The notes under the pieces were generated by a model. That model ran no database searches and was not told the DNA's origin. It was given only the letters and a program-made list of their open reading frames with translations. From assembly GCF_001677475.2 (NCBI RefSeq), contig NZ_CP015229.1: a stretch of 64,000 nucleotides of DNA. One strand, written 5' to 3'. This DNA comes from Escherichia coli. GTDB taxonomy: Bacteria > Pseudomonadota > Gammaproteobacteria > Enterobacterales > Enterobacteriaceae. Position 1 is the stretch's first letter. Every line of letters starts with the position of its first letter. Positions 35,933 through 45,437 of the stretch are shown piece by piece. Position numbers and translations under genes: made by a program.

Positions 35933-37528
35933 TTACCCTCGTGCCGCCAGTGCGGTGACTCTGTCGTAAGCGGAACCACTGCGCAGTACCTCAAGAACGG
36001 TTTGCGCATTGGCTTGCAGATCTTCATGGCCATGCAGGCGCATTAACATGGCGACGTTCGCAGCGACGGCTGCTTCATGGGCGGCGTCGCCTTTACCTTG
36101 TAACAAACGTGTTAAAATGTCACGGTTTTCTTCCGGTGTTCCGCCTGCCAGTTGCTCCTGGTGGTAGGGAGTCAGGCCAAAATCTTCAGCGGTCAATTGA
36201 TAGCTCTTAATTTCGCCGTCATGCAGCTCGGCAACGATTGTCGGCGCGTGTAATGAAACTTCATCCATCCCGCCGCTGTGCACCACCGCCGCGCGTTGAT
36301 ACCCCAGCACGCGCAAGGTTTCGGCAATCGGCAGCACAAGTTCCGGACTATAAACACCAATTAACGCCAGCGGCGGATGCGCCGGGTTAATCAATGGCCC
36401 CAGCACATTGAACAGGGTGCGGGTTTTCAGTTGCTGGCGAACCGGCATCGCGTGGCGGAATCCGGTGTGATACTTCGGCGCAAAGAGGAAACAAACACCT
36501 AACTCATCCAGCGCCTGGCGCGATTTATCGGCGTTCATATCAAGATTAATACCGAACGCCGCCAGCAGATCGGACGAACCAGATTTACTGGAGACGCTAC
36601 GGTTGCCGTGTTTCGCCACTTTCAGCCCACAGGCCGCGGCGACAAACGCACTGGCGGTAGAAATATTGATGCTGTTGCTGCCGTCACCGCCAGTACCGAC
36701 GATATCAGCAAACAGATAATCCGGGCGCGGGAACGGCGCGGCATTTTCCAGTAGCGCGGTTGCTGCCCCGGCGATTTCGTTTGGGTGCTCGCCGCGAATT
36801 TTCATGCTCACCAGCGCCGCCGCCAGTTGTTCCGGTTTCAGTTCGCCACGTACCACCGCTGAAAACAGCTGGTGGCTTTCTTGTTGGCTAAGCGTCTGCG
36901 CCTGATAAAGTTTTTCCAGAATCGGTTGCAGCGTGTTGGTTGGCTCTAGTTTCTGCTGCGCCCAGGCCAGCGTTTGTTCCAGCAGGCGAGCACCCTGGGT
37001 AGTAAGAATGGATTCCGGATGAAACTGGAAACCGCAAACGCGATCTGCATCGTGACGCACCGCCATCACCATGCCATTAAAATGGGCGTTGATGGTTAAA
37101 CCGGCCGGAATATTACTGCCAACCAGCGAGTGATAACGCGCCACCGGCAATGGGTTTGTTAATCCGGCAAACATCGCCTGACAGTCATGTTCAATGCTCG
37201 ACGCTTTACCGTGAAGAATTTCGCCCGCCTGACCGACATAGCCCCCGTAAGCTTCGACAATTGCCTGATGTCCGAGGCAAATGCCAATAATGGGTAGCTT
37301 GCCACGCAGGCGGGTGAGGAGTTCCGGCATACAACCGGCTTCGCTCGGCACACCGGGGCCAGGAGAAAGCATCAGTACCGGATTGCTCATCGTCGCCAGG
37401 CGTTCAATTAAGGTTTGTGCCGGAATATGGTTGCGGTAAATCACCACGTTATGCCCATTGCTGCGCAACTGATCTGCCAGGTTGTACGTAAAAGAGTCGA
37501 TATTATCGAGCAGCAGAATGTCAGCCAT
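35933..37528 (-). CDS. trpD: Anthranilate synthase component II / anthranilate phosphoribosyltransferase, 531 aa
   Basis: Track ORF; glutamine amidotransferase N-terminus. Confidence 0.95.
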   Translation of the reverse strand: MADILLLDNIDSFTYNLADQLRSNGHNVVIYRNHIPAQTLIERLATMSNPVLMLSPGPGVPSEAGCMPELLTRLRGKLPIIGICLGHQAIVEAYGGYVGQAGEILHGKASSIEHDCQAMFAGLTNPLPVARYHSLVGSNIPAGLTINAHFNGMVMAVRHDADRVCGFQFHPESILTTQGARLLEQTLAWAQQKLEPTNTLQPILEKLYQAQTLSQQESHQLFSAVVRGELKPEQLAAALVSMKIRGEHPNEIAGAATALLENAAPFPRPDYLFADIVGTGGDGSNSINISTASAFVAAACGLKVAKHGNRSVSSKSGSSDLLAAFGINLDMNADKSRQALDELGVCFLFAPKYHTGFRHAMPVRQQLKTRTLFNVLGPLINPAHPPLALIGVYSPELVLPIAETLRVLGYQRAAVVHSGGMDEVSLHAPTIVAELHDGEIKSYQLTAEDFGLTPYHQEQLAGGTPEENRDILTRLLQGKGDAAHEAAVAANVAMLMRLHGHEDLQANAQTVLEVLRSGSAYDRVTALAARG

Positions 37529-39090
37529 CAGAAAGTCTCCTGTGCATGATGCGCGGTGGCAATAGCGCGCAGTACAGCGCGGGCTTTATTACGGGTTTCG
37601 TCGGCTTCCGACTGCGGAACAGAATCAAGTACCACGCCAGCACCGGCTTGTACGGTGGCGATACCGTTTTCCACCAGTGCCGAGCGGATCACAATGCAGG
37701 TGTCGAGATCGCCATGCGCGGTGAAATAACCTACCGCGCCGCCGTAGCTGCCGCGGCGACGACCTTCCGCCTCGGCAATTAACTGCATGGCGCGCACTTT
37801 CGGCGCACCGCTTAATGTCCCCATATTCATACAGGCGCGGTAAGCGTGCAGGGCGTCGAGATCGTGGCGCAGCTCACCGACCACGCGGGAGACCAGGTGC
37901 ATCACGTAAGAGTAACGGTCAACTTTGGTAAGATCGGCGACGTAGCGGCTGCCGGGTGTGCAAATGCGTGCCAGATCATTACGGGCGAGATCCACCAGCA
38001 TCAGATGTTCAGAAAGCTCTTTATGATCGGTACGCATTTCCAGTTCGATGCGGCTGTCGAGGTCTCTGTCCAGTGAACCATCGGCACGAAGACCGCGTGG
38101 ACGTGTTCCGGCAATCGGGTAGATCTCAATCTGGCGGCTGGTGGCGTCATACTTGAGCGAACTTTCCGGCGACGCGCCAAACAGGGTGAAATCATTATCC
38201 TGCATAAAAAACATGTACGGGCTGGGATTACTCTTTTTCAGCACGTAATAGGCCGCCAGTGGTGACGGGCATGGCAGAGAGAAACGGCGAGATGGCACCA
38301 CCTGGAAAATTTCTCCGGCGCGAATCGCTTTTTGCAACGAACGCACTACGCCACCGAACTCTTCATCGCTCTGATTACATTCACAACGCATATGCGGCAC
38401 GGAAACCACCGGCAGCGGCGGCGCGGTTTCGGTCAGTTGCTGACGTAGTTTGTTCAGGCGAGCAGTGAGACGTTGTTTTTCTTCTTCATTCGGAGCAAAC
38501 AGGCTGGCCTGAATGCGGGTGCTTTTTTTCTGATGGTCAATCACCATCAGCGTTTCAGCGAGATAAAAACAGAAATCAGGGCAGTTATTTTCCGCTGACA
38601 GTTGCGGTAAATCTTCAAACCCCGCCACAAGGTCATAAGAGAACAGGCCGCCGAAGAACATGGCTTCTCGTTCTTCCTTCGGTACATTCAACAGACTCTG
38701 CAATAAGCGGAAAGCGTCAAAAACCGAAAGGGAGCATAAGCGAGCGTCTTCATCCAGCAGTGGACTGACAGGGGGGAAGCGCAGCACACGGCAGTTTGGT
38801 GATTGTTCATTTTCCACACCCGCAGGCAGGGCGTTGTCCAGTAGTGCCAGCAGGGCTTCGCCATTGCTGGAAAGCGCCTGAATTGTGACAGTGTCACCTA
38901 ATGCTGTAATGCGCAGCGCACTGTCTACCAGTAGCAGGCTTTTTAAATCATCTTTGCTGTCGATATCTGCGGATTCCAGCAGCAGCGTTGCCGGACGATC
39001 CTCACACAACTGGTGGAAAAGCGCGGTGGGATTGTCGCGATAAGTGCCTTCGCAGGTTAGCAGTTCGAGAGTCGGTTTTTGTGTTTGCAT
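37528..39090 (-). CDS. trpE: Anthranilate synthase component I, 520 aa
   Basis: Track ORF; starts [12 protein letters not shown]. Confidence 0.95.
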   Translation of the reverse strand: MQTQKPTLELLTCEGTYRDNPTALFHQLCEDRPATLLLESADIDSKDDLKSLLLVDSALRITALGDTVTIQALSSNGEALLALLDNALPAGVENEQSPNCRVLRFPPVSPLLDEDARLCSLSVFDAFRLLQSLLNVPKEEREAMFFGGLFSYDLVAGFEDLPQLSAENNCPDFCFYLAETLMVIDHQKKSTRIQASLFAPNEEEKQRLTARLNKLRQQLTETAPPLPVVSVPHMRCECNQSDEEFGGVVRSLQKAIRAGEIFQVVPSRRFSLPCPSPLAAYYVLKKSNPSPYMFFMQDNDFTLFGASPESSLKYDATSRQIEIYPIAGTRPRGLRADGSLDRDLDSRIELEMRTDHKELSEHLMLVDLARNDLARICTPGSRYVADLTKVDRYSYVMHLVSRVVGELRHDLDALHAYRACMNMGTLSGAPKVRAMQLIAEAEGRRRGSYGGAVGYFTAHGDLDTCIVIRSALVENGIATVQAGAGVVLDSVPQSEADETRNKARAVLRAIATAHHAQETF

Positions 39091-39111
39091 TGTTATTCTC
39101 TAATTTTGTTC

Positions 39112-39139
39112 AAAAAAAAGCCCGCTCATTAGGCGGGCT
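39112..39139 (-). terminator. trp attenuator (3:4 terminator hairpin plus U-run)
   Basis: Minus-strand AGCCCGCCTAATGAGCGGGCTTTTTTTT between trpL and trpE. Confidence 0.9.
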
Positions 39140-39181
39140 GGGTATCTGATTGCTTTACGCATGGTGAATACACTGCCCGTT

Positions 39182-39226
39182 TCAGGAAGTGCGCCACCAA
39201 CCTTTCAGTACGAAAATTGCTTTCAT
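39182..39226 (-). CDS. trpL: trp leader peptide, 14 aa ([14 protein letters not shown]) with tandem Trp codons
   Basis: Minus-strand ATGAAAGCAATTTTCGTACTGAAAGGTTGGTGGCGCACTTCCTGA; stop lies 91 nt upstream of the trpE ATG. Confidence 0.9.
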
Positions 39227-39251
39227 TGTCGATACCCTTTTTACGTGAACT

Positions 39252-39289
39252 TGCGTACTAGTTAACTAGTTCAATGATTAATTGTCAAC
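39252..39289 (-). promoter_or_regulatory. trp promoter with overlapping TrpR operator
   Basis: Minus-strand TTGACAATTAATCATCGAACTAGTTAACTAGTACGCAAG: -35 TTGACA, 17-bp spacer, -10 TTAACT, palindromic operator ACTAGTTAACTAGT. Confidence 0.9.
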
Positions 39290-39363
39290 AGCTCATTTCA
39301 GAATATTTGCCAGAACCGTTATGATGTCGGCGCAAAAAACATTATCCAGAACGGGAGTGCGCC

Positions 39364-40245
39364 TTGAGCGACACGAATTACGCAGTGATTTACGACCTGC
39401 ACAGCCATACCACAGTTTCCGATGGCTGCCTGACGCCAGAAGCATTGGTGCACCGTGCAGTCGAGATGCGCGTCGGCACCCTGGCGATCACCGACCATGA
39501 CACCACAGCTGCAATCGCGCCAGCAAGAGAGGAAATTTCACGTTCGGGACTGGCGCTGAATCTAATTCCCGGCGTGGAAATTTCCACGGTCTGGGAAAAT
39601 CATGAAATTCATATTGTCGGGCTGAATATTGATATTACTCATCCGCTAATGTGTGAGTTCCTCGCGCAGCAGACAGAACGGCGCAATCAGCGGGCGCAGC
39701 AAATTGCCGAAAGACTTGAAAAAGCGCAAATACCTGGGGCGCTGGAAGGCGCACAACGACTGGCGCAGGGCGGCGCAGTGACGCGCGGTCATTTTGCGCG
39801 TTTCCTTGTTGAGTGCGGCAAAGCCAGTTCAATGGCGGATGTCTTTAAAAAGTATCTGGCGCGCGGGAAAACCGGATACGTTCCGCCACAGTGGTGTACA
39901 ATAGAACAAGCTATTGATGTCATTCATCATTCTGGCGGTAAGGCGGTGCTAGCTCATCCTGGGCGGTACAATCTTAGTGCTAAATGGCTGAAAAGATTGG
40001 TTGCGCATTTTGCCGAACACCACGGCGACGCGATGGAAGTCGCGCAGTGCCAGCAATCGCCCAATGAACGCACCCAGCTGGCGACACTTGCGCGTCAGCA
40101 TCATTTATGGGCATCACAAGGATCTGATTTTCATCAGCCATGCCCGTGGATCGAACTGGGTCGTAAACTCTGGCTGCCCGCAGGCGTTGAAGGCGTCTGG
40201 CAGCTATGGGAACAGCCGCAGAACACCACAGAGAGGGAATTATGA
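39364..40245 (+). CDS. yciV: PHP-domain phosphoesterase (TrpH/YciV), 293 aa, TTG start
   Basis: Track ORF; PHP motif HSHTTVSDG ... ITDHD. Confidence 0.85.
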   Translation: MSDTNYAVIYDLHSHTTVSDGCLTPEALVHRAVEMRVGTLAITDHDTTAAIAPAREEISRSGLALNLIPGVEISTVWENHEIHIVGLNIDITHPLMCEFLAQQTERRNQRAQQIAERLEKAQIPGALEGAQRLAQGGAVTRGHFARFLVECGKASSMADVFKKYLARGKTGYVPPQWCTIEQAIDVIHHSGGKAVLAHPGRYNLSAKWLKRLVAHFAEHHGDAMEVAQCQQSPNERTQLATLARQHHLWASQGSDFHQPCPWIELGRKLWLPAGVEGVWQLWEQPQNTTEREL

Positions 40246-40862
40246 GCCAGTTTTTTTATATTCATCCTGATAACCCGCAGCAACGTCTGATCAACCAGGC
40301 GGTGGAGATCGTGCGTAAAGGCGGGGTGATTGTTTATCCAACTGATTCCGGCTATGCGCTCGGCTGTAAAATTGAAGATAAAAACGCGATGGAGCGTATT
40401 TGTCGTATTCGCCAGCTGCCGGACGGTCACAACTTTACCCTGATGTGTCGCGATCTTTCTGAACTCTCGACCTATTCATTTGTCGATAACGTTGCGTTTC
40501 GTTTAATGAAAAACAACACGCCGGGCAACTATACCTTCATCCTGAAGGGGACGAAGGAAGTGCCACGCCGTCTGTTGCAGGAAAAACGCAAAACCATCGG
40601 TATGCGTGTGCCTTCTAACCCGATTGCGCAGGCGTTGCTTGAAGCACTGGGCGAACCGATGCTTTCCACTTCGCTAATGCTGCCAGGCAGCGAATTTACC
40701 GAATCCGATCCGGAAGAAATTAAAGACCGTCTGGAAAAACAGGTAGATTTGATTATTCACGGCGGCTATCTCGGGCAGAAACCAACAACGGTTATTGATC
40801 TTACCGATGATACGCCGGTCGTGGTGCGTGAAGGCGTAGGTGATGTGAAGCCTTTCTTATAA
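40242..40862 (+). CDS. yciO: YrdC/Sua5-family dsRNA-binding protein, 206 aa
   Basis: Track ORF 40206..40862 trimmed to MSQFFYIHPDNPQQR; ATGA overlap with yciV stop. Confidence 0.85.
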   Translation: MSQFFYIHPDNPQQRLINQAVEIVRKGGVIVYPTDSGYALGCKIEDKNAMERICRIRQLPDGHNFTLMCRDLSELSTYSFVDNVAFRLMKNNTPGNYTFILKGTKEVPRRLLQEKRKTIGMRVPSNPIAQALLEALGEPMLSTSLMLPGSEFTESDPEEIKDRLEKQVDLIIHGGYLGQKPTTVIDLTDDTPVVVREGVGDVKPFL

Positions 40863-40889
40863 CAAATTGCGTTCCACGGATGGAAGATT

Positions 40890-42785
40890 ATGGCAGGGAT
40901 AGATCGCTGCATTTTGCTGTTGATAGTTGGGCTTTTTTTCTCTTCGTTGAGTTATGCGAAAAACACGGAGATCCCTTCTTATGAAGAAGGGATCTCGCTC
41001 TTTGATGTTGAAGCCACTCTGCAACCGGATGGGGTGCTCGACATCAAAGAAAATATTCATTTTCAGGCGCGAAATCAGCAGATTAAGCACGGATTTTATC
41101 GTGATTTACCACGACTCTGGATGCAGCCTGATGGGGACGCTGCACTGCTGAACTATCATATTGTTGACGTCACCCGTGATGGTATTCCTGAACCCTGGCA
41201 TCTTGACTGGCATATCGGGTTAATGAGTATTGTCGTGGGCGATAAACAACGTTTCTTGCCTCAAGGCGACTATCATTATCAAATTCATTATCAGGTTAAA
41301 AATGCTTTCCTGCGTGAGGGAGATTCAGATCTGTTAATCTGGAACGTGACGGGTAACCACTGGCCGTTTGAAATCTATAAGACCCGATTTTCACTCAAGT
41401 TCCCTGATATTGCGGGTAATCCATTTCGCGAAATCGATCTCTTTACTGGAGAAGAGGGCGACACATATCGAAATGGCCGCATCCTTGAGGACGGAAGAAT
41501 TGAATCCCGCGATCCGTTTTATCGTGAAGATTTCACGGTACTCTACCGCTGGCCTCACGCTTTACTTAGCAATGCCCCGGCTCCACAAACGACGAATATT
41601 TTCAGCCATCTTCTTTTACCCTCCACGTCATCGTTGTTAATTTGGTTTCCGTGTCTGTTCCTGGTTTGTGGATGGTTATATCTCTGGAAGCGCAGGCCGC
41701 AATTTACGCCGGTAGATGTGATTGAAACCGATGTCATTCCGCCAGATTACACGCCCGGCATGTTACGTCTCGATGCGAAGCTGGTTTACGACGATAAAGG
41801 TTTTTGTGCCGATATCGTAAATCTGATTGTGAAAGGAAAAATTCATCTGGAAGATCAGTATGATAAGAACCAGCAAATCCTGATTTGTGTTAATGAAGGC
41901 GCGACCAGAAATAATGAGGTATTACTGCCCGCAGAGCAGTTATTACTGGAAGAGTTATTTCGTAAAGGCGATAAGGTCGTTCTTACGGGGAGACGCAACA
42001 GAGTCTTACGCAGGGCATTTTTACGGATGCAGAAATTTTATCTGCCGCGTAAAAAGTCTTCGTTTTACCGGCCTGATACGTTTTTGCAATGGGGTGGACT
42101 GACAATATTGGCGGTCATTCTCTACGGTAACCTGAGTCCTGTAGGCTGGGCAGGAATGAATCTGGTGGGCGATATGTTTATTATGATCTGCTGGTTTCTT
42201 CCTTTTTTATTTTGTTCCCTTGAGCTTTTGTTTGCCCACGATGATGACAAGCCTTGCGTTAATCATGCAATCATCACTTTGTTTTTACCAATGATTTGTT
42301 CAGGCGTGGCCTTCTATTCTCTCTACATCAATGTCGGAGATGTATTCTTTTACTGGTATATGCCAGCGGGTTATTTTAGCGCTGTTTTCCTGACCGGTTA
42401 TCTCACTGGCATGGGGTATATTTTTCTGCCAAAGTTTACCCAAACAGGGCAGCAACGTTATGCCCACGGTGAAGCTATCGTTAACTATCTTGCGCGTAAA
42501 GAGGCAACAACACACAGTGGGCGGCGGCGGAAAGGGGAAACACGGAAACTGGATTACGCGTTGCTAGGTTGGGCAGTCTCGGCAAACCTTGGAAGAGAAT
42601 GGGCAGCACGTATCACGCCGTCACTCACAGCGGCTGTTCGCGCCCCGGAAATTGCCCGTAGTGGCGTTTTGTTCTCATTACAGATGCACCTGAGTCTGGG
42701 GGCCAATACCAGTTTGTTGGGGCGAAATTATTCCGGTGGTGGTGCTGGCGGCGGCGCGGGTGGCGGAGGCGGTGGTGGCTGGTAA
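40890..42785 (+). CDS. yciQ: DUF2207 membrane protein, 631 aa, with C-terminal Gly-rich tail
   Basis: Track ORF; signal/TM segments; ends GGGAGGGAGGGGGGGW. Confidence 0.85.
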   Translation: MAGIDRCILLLIVGLFFSSLSYAKNTEIPSYEEGISLFDVEATLQPDGVLDIKENIHFQARNQQIKHGFYRDLPRLWMQPDGDAALLNYHIVDVTRDGIPEPWHLDWHIGLMSIVVGDKQRFLPQGDYHYQIHYQVKNAFLREGDSDLLIWNVTGNHWPFEIYKTRFSLKFPDIAGNPFREIDLFTGEEGDTYRNGRILEDGRIESRDPFYREDFTVLYRWPHALLSNAPAPQTTNIFSHLLLPSTSSLLIWFPCLFLVCGWLYLWKRRPQFTPVDVIETDVIPPDYTPGMLRLDAKLVYDDKGFCADIVNLIVKGKIHLEDQYDKNQQILICVNEGATRNNEVLLPAEQLLLEELFRKGDKVVLTGRRNRVLRRAFLRMQKFYLPRKKSSFYRPDTFLQWGGLTILAVILYGNLSPVGWAGMNLVGDMFIMICWFLPFLFCSLELLFAHDDDKPCVNHAIITLFLPMICSGVAFYSLYINVGDVFFYWYMPAGYFSAVFLTGYLTGMGYIFLPKFTQTGQQRYAHGEAIVNYLARKEATTHSGRRRKGETRKLDYALLGWAVSANLGREWAARITPSLTAAVRAPEIARSGVLFSLQMHLSLGANTSLLGRNYSGGGAGGGAGGGGGGGW

Positions 42786-42995
42786 TTAAGCTGATGTTAA
42801 TCGAAACAAGCTTTAACCATAAAGATAGTGTAGTATGTTGCGCCTCAAAGCCAGGCCGATAAACGTCGAGGCGTTTACTTAAGGCCTGAAGAGTTCAAAC
42901 AGACTTTACTATCAGTGAGTCAGATGTAAGTTCTGACTCATTGTTGCACAAAAGCATATCAGACGCCTGGGAAGGCGACACCAAAAGGAAGCTCT

Positions 42996-43871
42996 ATGAG
43001 CGAAAAGCTACAGAAAGTGCTGGCGCGTGCCGGCCACGGTTCTCGCCGTGAAATCGAATCTATTATTGAAGCCGGTCGTGTGAGTGTTGATGGCAAAATT
43101 GCTAAACTCGGCGATCGCGTCGAAGTTACCCCTGGATTGAAAATCCGTATCGATGGTCATCTGATTTCGGTACGTGAGTCCGCTGAACAAATTTGTCGCG
43201 TTCTGGCCTATTACAAACCGGAAGGTGAGTTGTGTACCCGTAACGATCCGGAAGGGCGTCCAACGGTGTTTGACCGTCTGCCAAAGCTGCGTGGCGCACG
43301 CTGGATTGCCGTGGGTCGCTTGGACGTTAACACCTGTGGTCTGCTGCTGTTCACCACCGACGGTGAACTGGCAAACCGTTTAATGCATCCAAGCCGTGAA
43401 GTTGAACGTGAATATGCCGTGCGTGTATTTGGTCAGGTTGACGACGCGAAACTGCGTGATTTGAGTCGTGGCGTGCAGCTGGAAGATGGTCCGGCAGCCT
43501 TTAAAACCATCAAGTTCAGCGGCGGTGAAGGGATCAACCAGTGGTACAACGTGACTCTGACCGAAGGCCGTAACCGTGAAGTTCGTCGTCTGTGGGAAGC
43601 GGTTGGTGTTCAGGTGAGCCGCCTGATTCGTGTTCGTTACGGTGATATCCCTCTGCCAAAAGGTCTGCCACGCGGTGGCTGGACGGAGCTGGACCTCGCC
43701 CAGACTAACTATCTGCGCGAACTGGTGGAGCTACCGCCAGAAACCAGCTCTAAAGTCGCTGTAGAAAAAGACCGTCGTCGCATGAAGGCGAATCAGATTC
43801 GTCGTGCGGTGAAACGTCACAGTCAGGTGAGCGGCGGTCGTCGTTCTGGCGGACGTAATAATAACGGTTAA
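42996..43871 (+). CDS. rluB: 23S rRNA pseudouridine(2605) synthase, 291 aa
   Basis: Track ORF; S4 domain N-terminus, Arg/Gly-rich C-terminal tail. Confidence 0.92.
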
Positions 43872-43887
43872 TTTAAGTTAAGTATAA

Positions 43888-43912
43888 AATAAAGGCCCTG
43901 CGGGGCCTTTCC
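43888..43912 (+). terminator. Hairpin downstream of rluB (putative terminator; left edge of the AT-rich islet)
   Basis: aaaggccctgcggggccttt GC stem about 20 nt after the rluB stop; no strong T-run; approximate coordinates. Confidence 0.4.
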
Positions 43913-44040
43913 TTCATTTGAAGCATGATAAATAGTCGCAGTATTTTAATTTAATTTCATACTTGCTTATGAATAATGCCAGGAAATAGCCACATTACTA
44001 TTTAATTATCTGAGATAAACTCAACGTCAAGAGGTGGGTT

Positions 44041-45063
44041 ATGATTAGATATAGTGGAATATTTCTATCGCTGTTAATGCTTTCAGGTTGTGCAACCGAA
44101 GCATTGAAGAATGAACAAGCTGAAACTGTTATTACTGCGGGTAACAAGGCGGTTGCGGCGAATGCAAGTTTCTTTAAACAATACTATGCTTCTCGTGAAA
44201 ACTTCCTTGTTAATTTTTATGCGACTAATCCGGATTGTGCATTGCGACCTGATTATGAAACGATTATGGAAAATAATACTAATAAAGAGTCCTTATGTTT
44301 GCAATCAGAGAAAGGGGGGAAAACATCGTATAAAGATATTACTAAAATTCAATTGGCAACAACAGAAAAACAAAAACTACTGGCTTCACTTGAGGTCGTT
44401 AATAGTATGAGTTCCTATGTGGAGTTGTTGACGGTGGGTATGGATGTTGAGGATAGTAAACAAATTATATTACTTAATCAGGCGCTCGATCACGCAAACA
44501 ACGCCCAAAAACTACTTGGCGTTTCAGAAGGTGAAGAACTGACTAAGTCAGCTGTGGCTGTTAAAGATTTAGTTCAATATTTCAATGGATTATACAAAGA
44601 GAAGATTAAATCAGAAAATGTTGGTAAAACGGTAGGTAGTGACTGGCCACGACTTCAAAGAAATTTACAAGATTTACTTGATGATATAGCAACGAAACAG
44701 CAGCAAATGGATCGGAATAATTTTGCGAACATCAGTAATAATTTTTATTACTATAATAAGGCCCGGGCAAATACTAAAAATATAGAATTTAAGACGTTAA
44801 AGAACAGGCAGGAATTTTTGAGTGCAGTAATTAATCTTAATGAAAGCAGATTGCGTTCATCTGATCCGGCGGCTCCAGCAATACAAGCTATTAATGCCTT
44901 CATGGATAAAGGAAATCATCTACAAGATTTATACTCTAATAAATCTCTTTCAAAAGCGGATTTAGATCGTAGGAATGAGATCCTGCGTTCTCAAGTTATT
45001 AGTGGTCTACAGGCGTCAGAGGAGCTGGCAAAACTTCTTATTGCCAGCGGAGTTATGTTATAG
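44041..45063 (+). CDS. Hypothetical lipoprotein, 340 aa (accessory, AT-rich; not recognised)
   Basis: Track ORF; SD aagAGGTGGgtt 6 nt upstream of ATG; N-terminus MIRYSGIFLSLLMLSGC with lipobox LSGC then Ala at +2; K/N/Q/E-rich; AT-rich codons (TTA, ATA, AAT) atypical for flanking genes. Confidence 0.8.
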   Translation: MIRYSGIFLSLLMLSGCATEALKNEQAETVITAGNKAVAANASFFKQYYASRENFLVNFYATNPDCALRPDYETIMENNTNKESLCLQSEKGGKTSYKDITKIQLATTEKQKLLASLEVVNSMSSYVELLTVGMDVEDSKQIILLNQALDHANNAQKLLGVSEGEELTKSAVAVKDLVQYFNGLYKEKIKSENVGKTVGSDWPRLQRNLQDLLDDIATKQQQMDRNNFANISNNFYYYNKARANTKNIEFKTLKNRQEFLSAVINLNESRLRSSDPAAPAIQAINAFMDKGNHLQDLYSNKSLSKADLDRRNEILRSQVISGLQASEELAKLLIASGVML

Positions 45064-45072
45064 GAGGTCATT

Positions 45073-45381
45073 ATGAACGATGTGCAAAATCGACGAATAC
45101 TGGCATTGCTCAATATGCTGTACTATGCCTTAGGAAACCGAACAACCTGCGATATATGTCACAAATATTTTATTCTGGTTTTGTCGGTAATGAATAATCT
45201 GACAATTAATTATGGCTCGCAAACGTCACCAGAACTGACTGGTATTAGTTATGAAGATGCTAATGATTTGATCACTGAATTAATACTGTTTATTGAAGAC
45301 GTCAATGCGGATAATGATATGGAATATCCCGCACACTTGAATAAAATTCAAGCTCTTCTTAATTTTGCCGTGGCTAATTAA
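45073..45381 (+). CDS. Hypothetical small acidic protein, 102 aa, translationally coupled to the upstream lipoprotein gene
   Basis: Track ORF; ORF1 stop TAG sits inside SD tAGGAGGt 7 nt before the ATG; no signal peptide; CxxC at residues 26-29; acidic C-terminal half. Confidence 0.75.
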   Translation: MNDVQNRRILALLNMLYYALGNRTTCDICHKYFILVLSVMNNLTINYGSQTSPELTGISYEDANDLITELILFIEDVNADNDMEYPAHLNKIQALLNFAVAN

Positions 45382-45402
45382 GCCATTCAGTATCTAAAAT
45401 TA

Positions 45403-45431
45403 GCACCTCAAGAGGCGATCTTTTGAGGTGC
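45403..45431. terminator. Bidirectional hairpin between the islet and convergent btuR
   Basis: gcacctcaagaggcgatcttttgaggtgc (9-bp stem) about 20 nt after the ORF2 stop and just before the btuR stop; T-rich flank on the minus strand. Confidence 0.55.
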
Positions 45432-45437
45432 TTTCCC

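Noticed and set aside
44111-44410. 99-aa plus-strand ORF in an alternative frame inside islet ORF1
   Set aside because: Fully nested within the 340-aa ORF, which has the SD, signal peptide and coupling to ORF2; the alternate frame translation is Leu/Arg/Lys-rich as expected from AT-rich out-of-frame reading.
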